From: an uncultured Melioribacter sp.
GTDB lineage: Bacteria; Bacteroidota; Ignavibacteria; Kapaibacteriales; Kapaibacteriaceae
DNA length: 64,000 nucleotides
Assembly (NCBI GenBank): GCA_964484755.1
Contig: CAZAGH010000003.1
Coordinates: forward strand, 15,157-79,156
Direction of reading: 5' to 3'
The position numbers and the translations under genes are program-made. A model generated the notes under the pieces. It had not been told where the DNA came from. It did no database searches and saw only the letters and a list, made by a program, of their open reading frames with translations. Shown in pieces: positions 20,795 through 31,475 of the stretch (positions are counted from its first letter, which is position 1; every line of letters starts with the position of its first letter).

Positions 20795-21651
20795 TTCAGA
20801 ACCCATGGAAAGGTTGCCTCGATGGCGTCTGCAAATCCGCGGGTGATTCGGCTTACAGGGTGTTCCATACCAAATGTGTGGGTTGTGTTACCTACAATTG
20901 CAAGGGCATCCTCGGTGGATGATGCTTGCGCCAAACTTTCAATCTCTCGTATTGGAACAGTCAGGTCGTGCAGTGCATGAACGTAGCGCAGCCTGCCTGA
21001 GAGTGCAGTGCTGGCAGCTACGAGGTCGAGCCGCGCCGAATTCTCCTCGATGTCAGCCAGGTATGACGAGTGCATGTTCAAAGTTTGAAGAGTTCGTTGG
21101 TTCTGCATTTCGAAAGTGCCGGCCTCTCTCCATGCTGCAGCCTGACGGGGTGTCCACCTTGTCCATGTTCCCACTGAATTCCACACAGCCACGTGATTCA
21201 GCTGTTGTGGATGCAGTTGCTGAAACTCTCGAGCGGCGATCATCGCAATGCCCCCTCCACGGGAGTGCCCAAGCATGCTTACTTTGCCGTTCCACACTTG
21301 TCGCAGGTCAGCGAACTCGTCATGGTTGCCAAGCGCATCAAGCAGATCGGCTACATCGTCACATTCGCGGGAAATCGTATTCCTGGCAAAATCATCTGGT
21401 GACTGCACGAGCCAGGAGGTATTCTTCATGCCGTTGAGTGAAAAACACATTCGGACCGCGATGGCCCCAGTGCTCGCGGCATATTGGGCTAGCCACGGGA
21501 TAAAGCTGTAGTTGCGGAACCCCTTAAATCCGTGCAGCAGTAACAACAGCGGCAGGCCACCTTCGGCACTGTTGACAGGTGCCGTTACGGTGCTATAAAT
21601 CATGTCGCCGTGTCGGTTGACAATACTATGCTCTATTTCAGGCACAATCAT
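20791..21651 (-). CDS. Alpha/beta-fold hydrolase
   Basis: HGFKG oxyanion region and a GHSRGG nucleophile elbow. Confidence 0.7.
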   Translation of the reverse strand: MIVPEIEHSIVNRHGDMIYSTVTAPVNSAEGGLPLLLLLHGFKGFRNYSFIPWLAQYAASTGAIAVRMCFSLNGMKNTSWLVQSPDDFARNTISRECDDVADLLDALGNHDEFADLRQVWNGKVSMLGHSRGGGIAMIAAREFQQLHPQQLNHVAVWNSVGTWTRWTPRQAAAWREAGTFEMQNQRTLQTLNMHSSYLADIEENSARLDLVAASTALSGRLRYVHALHDLTVPIREIESLAQASSTEDALAIVGNTTHTFGMEHPVSRITRGFADAIEATFPWVLK

Positions 21652-22361
21652 GCATCAGCTCCAGGTTCAAGAAGGTCTGGCCTGCGTGTGCGAGTCTTAG
21701 CAAGTGACTGTTCATGTCGCCACTGACGAATCTTTGCATGATTGCCTGAAAGAAGAATATCTGGTACGGTCATGTCTCGAAAGGTTGCAGGTTTTGTGTA
21801 GAGCGGCGCATCCAAGAGTCCGTTCATGAACGAATCTTCCAGGACGCTTTCAGCATCACCAACCACGCCGGGTACGAGACGCACAATGGCATCTGTGAGA
21901 ACGCCTGCAGCGATCTCTCCGCCAGTTAACACGTAATCGCCAACCGATATCTCGCGCGTTACCAGCACGTCTCGGATGCGCTGATCAATGCCTTTGTAAT
22001 GACCGCATAGAAGGATGATGTTCTTTCGCAGTGAGAGCTCATTACACAGCTCTTGCGTTAGTACTTCTCCATCCGGACTAAGGTAGATAACATCATCATA
22101 GGAACGAGCACGTAATAACTCCTCGATGCAGCTGAACACAGGTTCGCATTGAATCACCATGCCAGCGCCGCCGCCATAGGGGGTGTCATCGATATGACGA
22201 AACGTGTCCGTCGCATAGTTATGCAGGTTGTGCAGATGAATCTGTACAAGCCCCTTGTCCTGAGCGCGTTTCAGGATCGATGTGGAAATGACGGATTCGA
22301 GTACCTGAGGAACGACGCAGACGATGTCAATTCGTATAACCGGTTCAGGCATCAGGTTCAA
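21648..22361 (-). CDS. trmD: tRNA (guanine37-N1)-methyltransferase
   Basis: DDTPYGGGAGMV, LCGHYKGIDQR and ISVGDYVLTGGE motifs. Confidence 0.95.
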   Translation of the reverse strand: MNLMPEPVIRIDIVCVVPQVLESVISTSILKRAQDKGLVQIHLHNLHNYATDTFRHIDDTPYGGGAGMVIQCEPVFSCIEELLRARSYDDVIYLSPDGEVLTQELCNELSLRKNIILLCGHYKGIDQRIRDVLVTREISVGDYVLTGGEIAAGVLTDAIVRLVPGVVGDAESVLEDSFMNGLLDAPLYTKPATFRDMTVPDILLSGNHAKIRQWRHEQSLAKTRTRRPDLLEPGADA

Positions 22362-22896
22362 GATCCTCGTGTATGTCTACGTTTTCAAGCCCATCGAGAA
22401 GGCGAGCCGTAATCGTTCGCTGGTTGATATCAACTCCGAGAATGACCTGGTCGATGACAGGTAGGGGAATCGTGGTCTTGGTTGGAGTGGTCACGACCCA
22501 AACATCGTTTGCTGGTAGGATCCAGACATCGCTGACAACACCAATCTCGTGTCCTTGCTCGTTAATCACACGGCATCCTTGGATGTCGCCAATACGGTAC
22601 CGATCGCTCGCGCTTAGGCCGAGGTCCTCAGTGAGAGCGAAGACAGCATTATCAAGGTACTCCGATGCCTGCTCAGCTGTGGCTAATTCGCGCAGCTTTA
22701 TCAGCGTGCGATGCTCTGACTGCGAAAACGACTCCACTGAAAAGCTCTTGGTGAAATCTTTGGAAAACCCAACATGCACAGCGCAGCCTTGCGCTAGACT
22801 ACGAGTAAGCGCGATGGCATCGTCGAGCACAAGCGTCCCATCAAGGCCGTGAGTACGACCAAGCACACCGATGTACTCGAGTTGTTGGGCAGCCAA
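22345..22896 (-). CDS. rimM: 16S rRNA processing protein RimM
   Basis: IGVLGRTHGLDGTL N-terminus and a PRC-barrel-like C-terminus. Lies immediately upstream of trmD. Confidence 0.85.
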   Translation of the reverse strand: MAAQQLEYIGVLGRTHGLDGTLVLDDAIALTRSLAQGCAVHVGFSKDFTKSFSVESFSQSEHRTLIKLRELATAEQASEYLDNAVFALTEDLGLSASDRYRIGDIQGCRVINEQGHEIGVVSDVWILPANDVWVVTTPTKTTIPLPVIDQVILGVDINQRTITARLLDGLENVDIHEDLEPDA

Positions 22897-22908
22897 AGTA
22901 GACCTCTC

Positions 22909-23772
22909 TTAACCGAGGTAGGTGCGAAGAGCCTTCGAACGCGACGCATGGCGCAAACGACGGATGGCCTTTTCCTTGATCTGACGAACCCGCTCACGCG
23001 TAAGGTTAAACTTCTCGCCGATCTCTTCAAGCGTAAGGGCTTGCTGATCATCGAGACCAAAGTACAGCCGGATCACTTCTGCTTCGCGCTCACTTAGCGT
23101 ATTGAGAACTTGTTGCACTTCAACACGCAACGACTCGCGCATCAGCTCGCTGTCAGGGGGCGGCTGTTGATCATTCGGAAGAATGTCCAGAAGACGGTTG
23201 TCTTCGCCCTGCACAAATGGCGCGTCAACCGAGAGGTGACGTCCCGAAATCTTGATTGTTTCTGAGATCTCAGCAATCGACATCTCGAGCTGTTCTGCCA
23301 GTTCAGCAGCGGTCGGTTCGCGCTCGTATTGCTGCTCAAGCTCAGAGAACTTCTTGCCGATCTTGTTGAGAGCACCGACACGGTTGAGCGGCAGACGCAC
23401 AATACGTGACTGCTCAGCGAGTGCCTGAAGAATCGACTGACGGATCCACCACACGGCGTAGGAGATGAACTTAAAACCGCGGGTTTCGTCGAAGCGCTTT
23501 GCAGCCTTGATCAAGCCAAGATTGCCTTCGTTGATCAAGTCGCCAAGCGAAAGTCCCTGATTCTGATACTGCTTTGCCACAGATACCACAAATCGCAAGT
23601 TGGCTTTTACGAGACGCTCAAGGGCGATCGCGCCTTCAAAACCGCCGCGCTTGATGGCTTGAGCCAACACGATTTCATCATCACCAGTGAGGAGGTCAAC
23701 TCGGCCGATCTCCTGGAGATACTTGTCGAGTGATTGGCTTTCACGGTTGGTGTATTGTTTCGTAATCCTCAT
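22909..23772 (-). CDS. rpoD: Primary-like sigma-70 factor, short Bacteroidota-type form lacking region 1.1
   Basis: Regions 1.2-4.2 were recognised ([52 protein letters not shown]). Length is 287 aa. Confidence 0.85.
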   Translation of the reverse strand: MRITKQYTNRESQSLDKYLQEIGRVDLLTGDDEIVLAQAIKRGGFEGAIALERLVKANLRFVVSVAKQYQNQGLSLGDLINEGNLGLIKAAKRFDETRGFKFISYAVWWIRQSILQALAEQSRIVRLPLNRVGALNKIGKKFSELEQQYEREPTAAELAEQLEMSIAEISETIKISGRHLSVDAPFVQGEDNRLLDILPNDQQPPPDSELMRESLRVEVQQVLNTLSEREAEVIRLYFGLDDQQALTLEEIGEKFNLTRERVRQIKEKAIRRLRHASRSKALRTYLG

Positions 23773-23817
23773 GGACAGGGACCTATTGTAAGACGTTTTC
23801 GGGGAAAGAGTGCAAAG

Positions 23818-25455
23818 TTACTGATCTGACGGCAATTTCGGTGCGAGGAATGCGCCATATTTCGGGCTGCGTAGTACCTCGTAGGCCGTCTGCACGGTTG
23901 GTATGTCGAGCAGCGTGCGCAGATATTGTACGTTGCCAGTGCTAAATCGCAATCGGATCTGCTCGTCAAGCAACCGTTGCAACATCTGGCTGTGCGACCG
24001 CACCAGTGCCAGATATTCGCGTTCTATCTGTGCCTGCAGGTTCGTGATTGCCGTCCTTGTTGCTGCTTGTATCGAGAGTCCGTCGAGTCCGCGCTGAAGG
24101 CGGTTCATGGCCTGCAAGAGGGGATCACGCTTGTTAATGGGAAGCCCCGTGATGTAGCGCAGAAATTCCTCGACAAGGGGCTTACGAACTTCGAAGTCCT
24201 GCGGCAGGCTTGCAAACCGGGCAGCATACTGTGTGGCAAATGTTCCGATTACTCCTGAGCTCTCGAGATTGTGCAGCACCGTGGGTAGGACAGAATCAAC
24301 GACAACCGTGTCAGGATCGATCCCATGTCGCGCCTCTACGGCGCGTCCGGCCGCTGTGACATACGATTCTTTCTGACCGGATGGATCTGCACCACGCTTG
24401 TCAATGCGCTGGATACAACGTCCAGACGGTGTGAAGTAGCGAGCAGTTGTCAGTTTGAGGATGGAGGAACCTTGCGAAATCGGCACCATTGACTGAACAA
24501 ATCCCTTACCATAGGAGCGTTCTCCAATGATTACACCACGGTCAAGGTCTTGGATCGCACCAGCGACGACTTCGCTTGCGCTGGCGCTGTTGGCATTGAT
24601 CAACACGGCCAACGGAAGCTTCGGGTATTGCGGTGCGCGCATGGACGCATAAAGACGCGTCTCTTCGTAGGCGCGCCCGCGTGTTGTGACGATCTCACTG
24701 CCCTGTGGTACAAACAGTTCGGCAACGCCAATTGCCGCCTCAAGGAGTCCTCCAGGATTGTCACGAAGGTCAAGAATGAGGGCGCTCAGGGGGCCAGACC
24801 GTTCCAATGTTCGCATCGCTTCCAGCAGCTCGTCCCGAGTAGTGCTGGTGAAGCGTGTCAGCTTGATATATCCAACGGATTGACCGAGACGATCTGCGGC
24901 GTAGACAGACTCAAGCTGGAGGGCGCGCCGCTGGAGCATGACCTTCATCGTGTCGGGCCTTCCAGCCCGCAGTAGCCACATCGATACCGATGTGCCCTCT
25001 TCTCCACGTGTATGAGTTCGCAGTGACTCTTGATCAAGCGAGTCTGCCCAAACGGTATCAACCCGCACGATACGGTCGCCGATGCGAACCTTTGACTCGA
25101 GCGCTGAGCCGCCCTGACGGAGGTCTGCGATGTAGAGTGCACTGTCTACCTCGTCGACAACGATGCCGACTCCCACATAGTTACCCGTCGTCATGTTCTG
25201 AAGGTCTTCCGAATCATCACCGACGAGGTACTCTGTGTACGGATCGAGATGTTCCAGCATAGCGTTGATCCCTACGTCAACAAGCTCTACAGGATCAACT
25301 GGATCAACGTAGCGCACCTGCACTTCGCGAAACACTTCGCCAAAGGCCTCTATCGCCTTCGCTATGCGGACATATGCATCATCGGCGTACGCAAGACCAG
25401 CAGCGGGTGCTAGGGCGATTGTTATGTAGAGGGCAAGTGAACGAAGAGGGCTCAT
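23818..25455 (-). CDS. Carboxy-terminal processing peptidase (S41 family) with a PDZ domain
   Basis: PDZ segment (IGDRIVRVD) and S41 core motifs (LDLRDNPGG, INANSASASEVVAGAIQD, SYGKG). Confidence 0.85.
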   Translation of the reverse strand: MSPLRSLALYITIALAPAAGLAYADDAYVRIAKAIEAFGEVFREVQVRYVDPVDPVELVDVGINAMLEHLDPYTEYLVGDDSEDLQNMTTGNYVGVGIVVDEVDSALYIADLRQGGSALESKVRIGDRIVRVDTVWADSLDQESLRTHTRGEEGTSVSMWLLRAGRPDTMKVMLQRRALQLESVYAADRLGQSVGYIKLTRFTSTTRDELLEAMRTLERSGPLSALILDLRDNPGGLLEAAIGVAELFVPQGSEIVTTRGRAYEETRLYASMRAPQYPKLPLAVLINANSASASEVVAGAIQDLDRGVIIGERSYGKGFVQSMVPISQGSSILKLTTARYFTPSGRCIQRIDKRGADPSGQKESYVTAAGRAVEARHGIDPDTVVVDSVLPTVLHNLESSGVIGTFATQYAARFASLPQDFEVRKPLVEEFLRYITGLPINKRDPLLQAMNRLQRGLDGLSIQAATRTAITNLQAQIEREYLALVRSHSQMLQRLLDEQIRLRFSTGNVQYLRTLLDIPTVQTAYEVLRSPKYGAFLAPKLPSDQ

Positions 25456-26885
25456 GAATGCATTCGACGTTGGATCTCGGCTACCAGTGCATCCACCTGT
25501 ATACGGTCTTGATGCATGGTGTCACGGTCGCGAAGCGTAACCGTGGAGTCGCTTAGTGTCTGACCGTCAACAGTGATGCAGAACGGTGTTCCAACCTCAT
25601 CCTGACGGCGATACCGACGACCAATCGCTCCGCTCGTGTCGTAGTCAACACGGAAATGCTGCTGAAGGTTCGTGATGATCTTCTCGGCCGCTTCTGGCAT
25701 CCCATCCTTGTTCACAAGAGGCAAAACAGCGGCTGTTATCGGAGCTATCGACGCTTTAAGCTTTAGCATCGAGCGTGTATCGGTACCACCATCCTCCGTT
25801 GGAAGCTCCTCCTCACGGTAGGCATCACAGAGAACCGCCATAAAGGTGCGTGTTGCGCCAACGGCTGTTTCGATTACGTATGGTGTAAATCGGTCCTTCG
25901 TGGCAGTGTCGACATATTCAAGTTTCTTGCCTGAGAATTCCTGATGGCGTCCCAGGTCGAAATCAGTGCGTGAATGAATTCCTTCAATCTCGCCCCATCC
26001 AAACGGAAAGAGATACTCGATGTCTTCTGCTGCTGCAGCATAGTGCGCAAGCTTCTCATGGGGCTTGCGGTGCAGTTTTGATGCGTCTATACCGAGCGAC
26101 TCTGAGAACCAATTCCAGCGGGCATTGCGCCAGTATTCAAACCACTCGTCCTGTGTGCCGGGCTTGATAAAGAACTGCATCTCCATCTGTTCGAACTCAC
26201 GGGTGCGGAACAGGAAATTCTTTGTGTTGATCTCGTTGCGGAAGCTCTTGCCTATCTGCGCAATGCCGAACGGAGGCTTCATGCGAGCCGATTCCATGAC
26301 GTTCTTGAAGTTGACAAAGATGCCCTGAGCGGTTTCTGGTCGGAGATAAACCACATTGGCAGCATCAGCAACGGGGCCAACATGGGTCTCAAACATCAAA
26401 TTGAAATTCCGTACCTCCGTCCAGTCGGTTGTACCGGAGATCGGATCGGGAATGTTGTTCGACATGATGATCGCGTGAAGATCCTCGTTTGTTGACGCGC
26501 TGTTGAGTGCTTGCTCGATGGCGTCAGCTTGATCGGTTTTGCCCTTGTTGCGCAGACGAAAGATGAAGTCTTCGATGAGGTTGTCTGCGCGATGACGGGA
26601 CTTCGACGTCTTGTTGTCGATCATGGGATCGGAGAACTGACCAATATGCCCGGATGCCTCCCATACCCGCGGATGCATCAAAATTGAGGAGTCTATACCA
26701 ACGATGTCGGAGCGGTAGGTCATTGCCTTCCACCAAGAATCCTTGATGTTTCGCAGGAGCTCGACGCCGAGTGGACCAAAATCCCAGCAGCCGTTTAGCC
26801 CACCGTAGATCTCCGAAGATTGATAAACAAACCCCTTCCGCTTGGAGAGCGAGAGAATTGCGTCAAGTGTTGTCTGTGAGGCCAT
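25452..26885 (-). CDS. glyQS: Glycine--tRNA ligase (homodimeric class II type)
   Basis: SKRKGFVYQSSEIYGGL..GCWDFGPLG, LRPETAQG and FRNEI motifs. Length is 477 aa. Confidence 0.9.
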   Translation of the reverse strand: MASQTTLDAILSLSKRKGFVYQSSEIYGGLNGCWDFGPLGVELLRNIKDSWWKAMTYRSDIVGIDSSILMHPRVWEASGHIGQFSDPMIDNKTSKSRHRADNLIEDFIFRLRNKGKTDQADAIEQALNSASTNEDLHAIIMSNNIPDPISGTTDWTEVRNFNLMFETHVGPVADAANVVYLRPETAQGIFVNFKNVMESARMKPPFGIAQIGKSFRNEINTKNFLFRTREFEQMEMQFFIKPGTQDEWFEYWRNARWNWFSESLGIDASKLHRKPHEKLAHYAAAAEDIEYLFPFGWGEIEGIHSRTDFDLGRHQEFSGKKLEYVDTATKDRFTPYVIETAVGATRTFMAVLCDAYREEELPTEDGGTDTRSMLKLKASIAPITAAVLPLVNKDGMPEAAEKIITNLQQHFRVDYDTSGAIGRRYRRQDEVGTPFCITVDGQTLSDSTVTLRDRDTMHQDRIQVDALVAEIQRRMHS

Positions 26886-26992
26886 AAGATGTTGTCAGTT
26901 GTTCATCGTGAGAAAGTCAGGCAAAATACGAAGTCCGCTCTGTTGCGTAGTTTACGCCCCTTCTGCCGTATTCAACCACTTGTGAGAGAGTC

Positions 26993-28999
26993 GTGAAACA
27001 CGTACGCGCCATCGTTCGCTGCTATGCTGCCCTGATATTGTGCTTGGGCTTATGTGCTGCCGAACTTCTAGCACAGATGCCGTCCGCGAAGAACAAGATC
27101 ACATTTGCGCCAATTGCCCCGGTCAGTGGGCGCGCGGGCGACACCGTTGAGATCGTTGTTTCGGCCAAGATTGCCAAACACTGGCACAGCTACGGTCTCA
27201 CTCCTGCCGTAGGACCCGACGGATTGGGTCCCGAGGCAACTGTCGTCACTGTCTCACCTAAGTCAGTTCTCAAGATGATTGGTAAGCCCCGTTTCACCAA
27301 GGGGGCGCATACGGCATTTGACAAGACATGGGAAACAAACGTTGAGGAGCTCTCAGGCAGCATTGAACTGCGCATCCCCGTGCGCCTCTCGCCTGCACTG
27401 CAAAAGGGACCGCAGAAGGCCAGCGTGAACTTCCTCATGCAACTCTGCGACACATCGGCCTGCCTGCCGTCAGAGGACATGCCGCAGGATGTGTCCATTA
27501 CGGTAACTGACGTAGCAGCCAGCACGGCTCTTCCGCTCGAGGATACAACGGAGTCAGCACCTGCTGGTGGTCAAAAAAAGGCTTCGGAAACTGTTGTTGC
27601 TCCCATGGATACGCAGCAGGAGATCGAAGTAGAAAAGAGCAAGGGGCTCCTGAGCTTTTTCCTCTATGCCATGGGAATCGGCTTTCTGGCGTTGCTCACA
27701 CCATGCGTCTTCCCGATGATTCCAATCACCGTGTCGTTCTTTACGAAGCGCCACGAGAAGACCAAAGGCTCTGGCCTGCGCGATAGTGTGCTTTTCGGTG
27801 TTGGCATCATTTCGACATTCACTGCAGTGGGCATCATTGCCTCAATCCTGTTCGGCGGAACGGCCGTGCAGGACTTAGCGGCTAACCCATGGTTGAATCT
27901 TGGTATTGGCTTGTTATTCATGGCCTTGGCATTCAATCTCTTTGGCTCATTCGAGATTCAAGTTCCTGTGTCGATCATGAACGCACTCAACAAGAAGTCG
28001 CAAGGCGACGGTGTGTTCTCCGTTCTGCTCATGGGGCTAACGTTCTCGCTTACCTCGTTTACCTGCACGGTGCCTTTTGTTGGCACGCTTCTACTGAGTG
28101 CTTCGGGAGGCGATTACCTTTACCCAGCTGTCGGCACGCTTGGTTTCGCCACAGCATTTGCGATTCCGTTCGTTGTGCTTTCCATGTTCCCTTCGCTACT
28201 TGTGCGTCTACCCCGCGCTGGCGGTTGGATGAACAACCTGAAAGTGGTGATGGGCTTTCTCGAGATCGCCGCAGCGATCAAGTTTTTCTCCACTGCCGAA
28301 TTCATATTTGGACTCGGTCTGCTACCGCGTGAGGTCTTCCTCGCGGTATGGGCCGCTGTCTGTCTGCTGATCGTGCTCTACATCTTGGGCACCTACCAGC
28401 TTACGCTTGATACTCCTGTTGAACGCATCGGCGGCCTACGTGCACTCTTTGCCGTGGTCTTCGCAACACTTGGTCTCTGGTTTGCCGCAGGCATGCTGGG
28501 TAAGCCCCTTGCCGCTGATCTCGAAGCTCTTCTGCCGCCCGAAAACTATCATGAGCTTCTTGCGCAGATGAATGGTGCGCCTGTTATGGCATCCACATCG
28601 CAGACACCCACAACGGAAGCAGCTGATGCACATAGCGGACTTGTTTGGCTGAACAACCTAGACGAAGCAAAGAAGATCGCTACACGAGAAGGTAAGCCGA
28701 TCTTCATCGACTTTACTGGATTTGCTTGTGTGAACTGTAGGCTTATGGAGAAAGATGTTTTCCCAAGACCTGAGGTCGTTGAGCAGTTCAAGAAATTCGT
28801 TCTCGTGCAGCTCTATACCGACAGAAAGACGGAGCCCTACATCACAAACCAGAATATTCTGAAGACCTACGGCACGGTGGCCAATCCGTTGTATGTGATG
28901 CTCAAGCCCGACGGTACGTACGTGGCACAAACCGGCTTCCAAACGCAGTTCCGTTCCAATCCGGGTCTGTTTGTAGCATTCCTGCAGAAGGCACTCTAA
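26993..28999 (+). CDS. dsbD: Thiol:disulfide interchange protein DsbD-like
   Basis: Signal peptide, an N-terminal domain, a multi-TM core with CVFPMIPIT, and a C-terminal thioredoxin-like domain with CVNC. GTG start. Confidence 0.8.
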   Translation: MKHVRAIVRCYAALILCLGLCAAELLAQMPSAKNKITFAPIAPVSGRAGDTVEIVVSAKIAKHWHSYGLTPAVGPDGLGPEATVVTVSPKSVLKMIGKPRFTKGAHTAFDKTWETNVEELSGSIELRIPVRLSPALQKGPQKASVNFLMQLCDTSACLPSEDMPQDVSITVTDVAASTALPLEDTTESAPAGGQKKASETVVAPMDTQQEIEVEKSKGLLSFFLYAMGIGFLALLTPCVFPMIPITVSFFTKRHEKTKGSGLRDSVLFGVGIISTFTAVGIIASILFGGTAVQDLAANPWLNLGIGLLFMALAFNLFGSFEIQVPVSIMNALNKKSQGDGVFSVLLMGLTFSLTSFTCTVPFVGTLLLSASGGDYLYPAVGTLGFATAFAIPFVVLSMFPSLLVRLPRAGGWMNNLKVVMGFLEIAAAIKFFSTAEFIFGLGLLPREVFLAVWAAVCLLIVLYILGTYQLTLDTPVERIGGLRALFAVVFATLGLWFAAGMLGKPLAADLEALLPPENYHELLAQMNGAPVMASTSQTPTTEAADAHSGLVWLNNLDEAKKIATREGKPIFIDFTGFACVNCRLMEKDVFPRPEVVEQFKKFVLVQLYTDRKTEPYITNQNILKTYGTVANPLYVMLKPDGTYVAQTGFQTQFRSNPGLFVAFLQKAL

Positions 29000-29000
29000 C

Positions 29001-29456
29001 ATGACCGCCGCGGTGCGACGGGTCGATGCGGCCCGGTTCGAGGAGTTCTTTACACTCGTGTGCGCGCTTGCTGATTATGAGCATCTTGACCGGCCGACGG
29101 ATGAGGCCAAACAACGACTCTATCGTGATATCAACGGAGCAACGCCACGAATTGAAGCCTTCCTGCTTGATACGGAACAGGGGCAGGCCGTTGGCTACGC
29201 GATAATTCTCGAGACATATTCGTCATTCCTTGCATTGCCGACGCTCTACCTTGAGGACATCTTTGTTCTCGAGTCGCATCGCGGCCTTGGGTATGGCAAG
29301 ACGCTGTTTGACTTTGTTGTCGACCAAGCCAAACAACGCGGATGTGGTAGGGTAGACTGGCAGGTTCTTGACTGGAACACGCCGGCTCGTGACTTCTATG
29401 ATAAGCAGGGGGCCGAGTACATGAGTGAATGGCTACTGTATCGAATCACGTTGTAG
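29001..29456 (+). CDS. GNAT-family N-acetyltransferase
   Basis: Acetyl-CoA-binding motif HRGLGYGKTLF. Length is 151 aa. Confidence 0.75.
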   Translation: MTAAVRRVDAARFEEFFTLVCALADYEHLDRPTDEAKQRLYRDINGATPRIEAFLLDTEQGQAVGYAIILETYSSFLALPTLYLEDIFVLESHRGLGYGKTLFDFVVDQAKQRGCGRVDWQVLDWNTPARDFYDKQGAEYMSEWLLYRITL

Positions 29457-30336
29457 GACGTTCGACAAGCATATTGTCGATGAGCCTGGTACCTCCGAGT
29501 CGCGCTGCGATGCACAGTGCAACATTTGCCGGTAGAGTATCGGAATCCGATCGCAGCGAGTTTGCATCAACTGCAACTGCATAATCGATTTCCAAGCGAT
29601 CGACACAATGAAGGTTTTCATTCATTACTTGCTCGACGATTGACCGTGATGAGCATCCGGCAGCGATCTGATCGCGGGCTGCACACAAAGCCCTATAGAT
29701 CACAGTTGCATCGCGCCGGTCAACGTCGTTGAGATACACGTTGCGCGAGCTCTTAGCAAGACCGTCTTCTTCTCGCACCGTAGGCAGCACGGTGATCTTT
29801 GTCGAGCTGACAGCCTCGTCAGTCGCAGTCGCAACTAGCTTTCGTACGACAAGTGTCTGTTGCAGATCTTTCTGACCGAAGTAGGCTTCGTCGGGTAACA
29901 TGGCCTGGAACAGCCGCGCAACAACCGTTGCCACGCCATCGAAATGGGTTGGTCTGCTTGCCCCCTCGAGTACTTCCGTGATCCCATCGATATGAATGGT
30001 AGAACGGACGCCGTCAGGGTACATTTCCCGGACACTCGGAAGGAACACATGTGTTGCTCCTGCTTGACGAGCAATCAGCAGGTCGCCTTCGAGGTTGCGC
30101 GGGTAGCGCTCGAAGTCTTCTGAGGGTCCAAACTGTGTTGGATTCACAAAGATTGAGACTACCACGAACGGGTGGTCTTGCGCCGCCGCACGAATGAGCG
30201 AGGCGTGACCTTCATGGAGATATCCCATCGTCGGAACGCATCCGATAGATTTCCCATCAATGCGAGCCTGCGCGATCTGGCTGTGCATTTCGGCGATAGT
30301 TTCGCAGACAACAACGTTTGGATATTCGTTCATCAT
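29446..30336 (-). CDS. panC: Pantoate--beta-alanine ligase
   Basis: VPTMGYLHEGHASLI and FVNPTQFGP motifs. Confidence 0.95.
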   Translation of the reverse strand: MMNEYPNVVVCETIAEMHSQIAQARIDGKSIGCVPTMGYLHEGHASLIRAAAQDHPFVVVSIFVNPTQFGPSEDFERYPRNLEGDLLIARQAGATHVFLPSVREMYPDGVRSTIHIDGITEVLEGASRPTHFDGVATVVARLFQAMLPDEAYFGQKDLQQTLVVRKLVATATDEAVSSTKITVLPTVREEDGLAKSSRNVYLNDVDRRDATVIYRALCAARDQIAAGCSSRSIVEQVMNENLHCVDRLEIDYAVAVDANSLRSDSDTLPANVALCIAARLGGTRLIDNMLVERPTT

Positions 30337-30359
30337 GGGGCGAAGATATCAACACATTG

Positions 30360-31457
30360 ATGCTGACTCAACCGATCTCCATAGATTCGCGCATGCGAAT
30401 TCCTATTGACCGATGCACCAACCCTCGGCTCGACGCAGAAGCCGTTGCGAATTTCAAGTTGTCCAATGTGCCGAGCGATCACCTCTACATCGCTGAGTAC
30501 GCCCACAAGGAATGGCGCAAAGAGCGCATTGCCCCGTATCGGCCATTGCAGCTAACACCCCTTTCGTTGGGTCTGCATTACGCTCAGCAAGTCTTCGAGG
30601 GAATGAAGGCATACCGCATGAATGACGGGCGGATTGGTGTGTTCCGCACACAACGGCATGCACAGCGCTTTAATGCGTCGTTGCGTCGCATGGCAATGCC
30701 CGAGGTGCCTTTAGACATGTTTGCCAGTGCAGTGCACACACTTGTCGACCTTGAGCGCGACTGGGTGCCGCCGGGACCCGATTCAGCCTATTACATCCGT
30801 CCGTTTGTGATCGCAACGGAAGAGCGCATCGGCCTAAAGCCATCCGAAGAATTCATGTTCCTTGTTGGTGGTGGTCCGTTTCGCCCGGTCTATCCGAAGC
30901 CACTTCGCGTGCGCGTCGAGCGTTACTATACCCGCGCCGCAAAAGGAGGAACTGGCTTTGCAAAGTGTGGGGGCAACTATGCCGCAGCAATGCTCCCAAC
31001 GATTGAGGCAAACGAAGCAGGGTACGATCAGGTTCTCTGGACAGATGCTAACGAACACGAATACATCGAAGAGTCGGGTACAATGAACGTGATGTTCATC
31101 ATCAATGGTGTACTCACAACTGCCCCGCTAGGCGATACCATCCTTGATGGCATAACCCGTGACTCGATTCTTGTGCTTGCACGCGAGCGTGGAATTACGG
31201 TTGATGAACGTTCTGTTTCCGTTACAGAACTACGTGATCGCATCCTCGATGGTTCGCTCACCGAGGCTTTCGGTGTAGGAACGGCTGCTTCGGTAGCGCC
31301 AATTGCAACGGTGGGTATTGACGGTCAAGACTATAATCTTGAGATCAAGCCGGATGCTGTGATGTTCAGCTTCAAGCAGCAACTTCTTGACATTCGCACT
31401 GGCGCAGCACCGGATACGCATAACTGGATGACGATCATTGACGGTTTCGTGAAGTAA
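30360..31457 (+). CDS. ilvE: Branched-chain amino acid aminotransferase
   Basis: LHYAQQVFEGMKAYR and TGFAKCGGNYAA motifs. The internal ATG at 30360 avoids overlap with the divergent panC start. Confidence 0.85.
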   Translation: MLTQPISIDSRMRIPIDRCTNPRLDAEAVANFKLSNVPSDHLYIAEYAHKEWRKERIAPYRPLQLTPLSLGLHYAQQVFEGMKAYRMNDGRIGVFRTQRHAQRFNASLRRMAMPEVPLDMFASAVHTLVDLERDWVPPGPDSAYYIRPFVIATEERIGLKPSEEFMFLVGGGPFRPVYPKPLRVRVERYYTRAAKGGTGFAKCGGNYAAAMLPTIEANEAGYDQVLWTDANEHEYIEESGTMNVMFIINGVLTTAPLGDTILDGITRDSILVLARERGITVDERSVSVTELRDRILDGSLTEAFGVGTAASVAPIATVGIDGQDYNLEIKPDAVMFSFKQQLLDIRTGAAPDTHNWMTIIDGFVK

Positions 31458-31475
31458 TACGAACAACCTTCTGCG

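Noticed and set aside
26886-26992. A possible T-box or other leader upstream of glyQS
   Set aside because: The spacer is only 107 nt and is shared with the divergent dsbD promoter. I saw no specifier or T-box sequence or extended stem structure.
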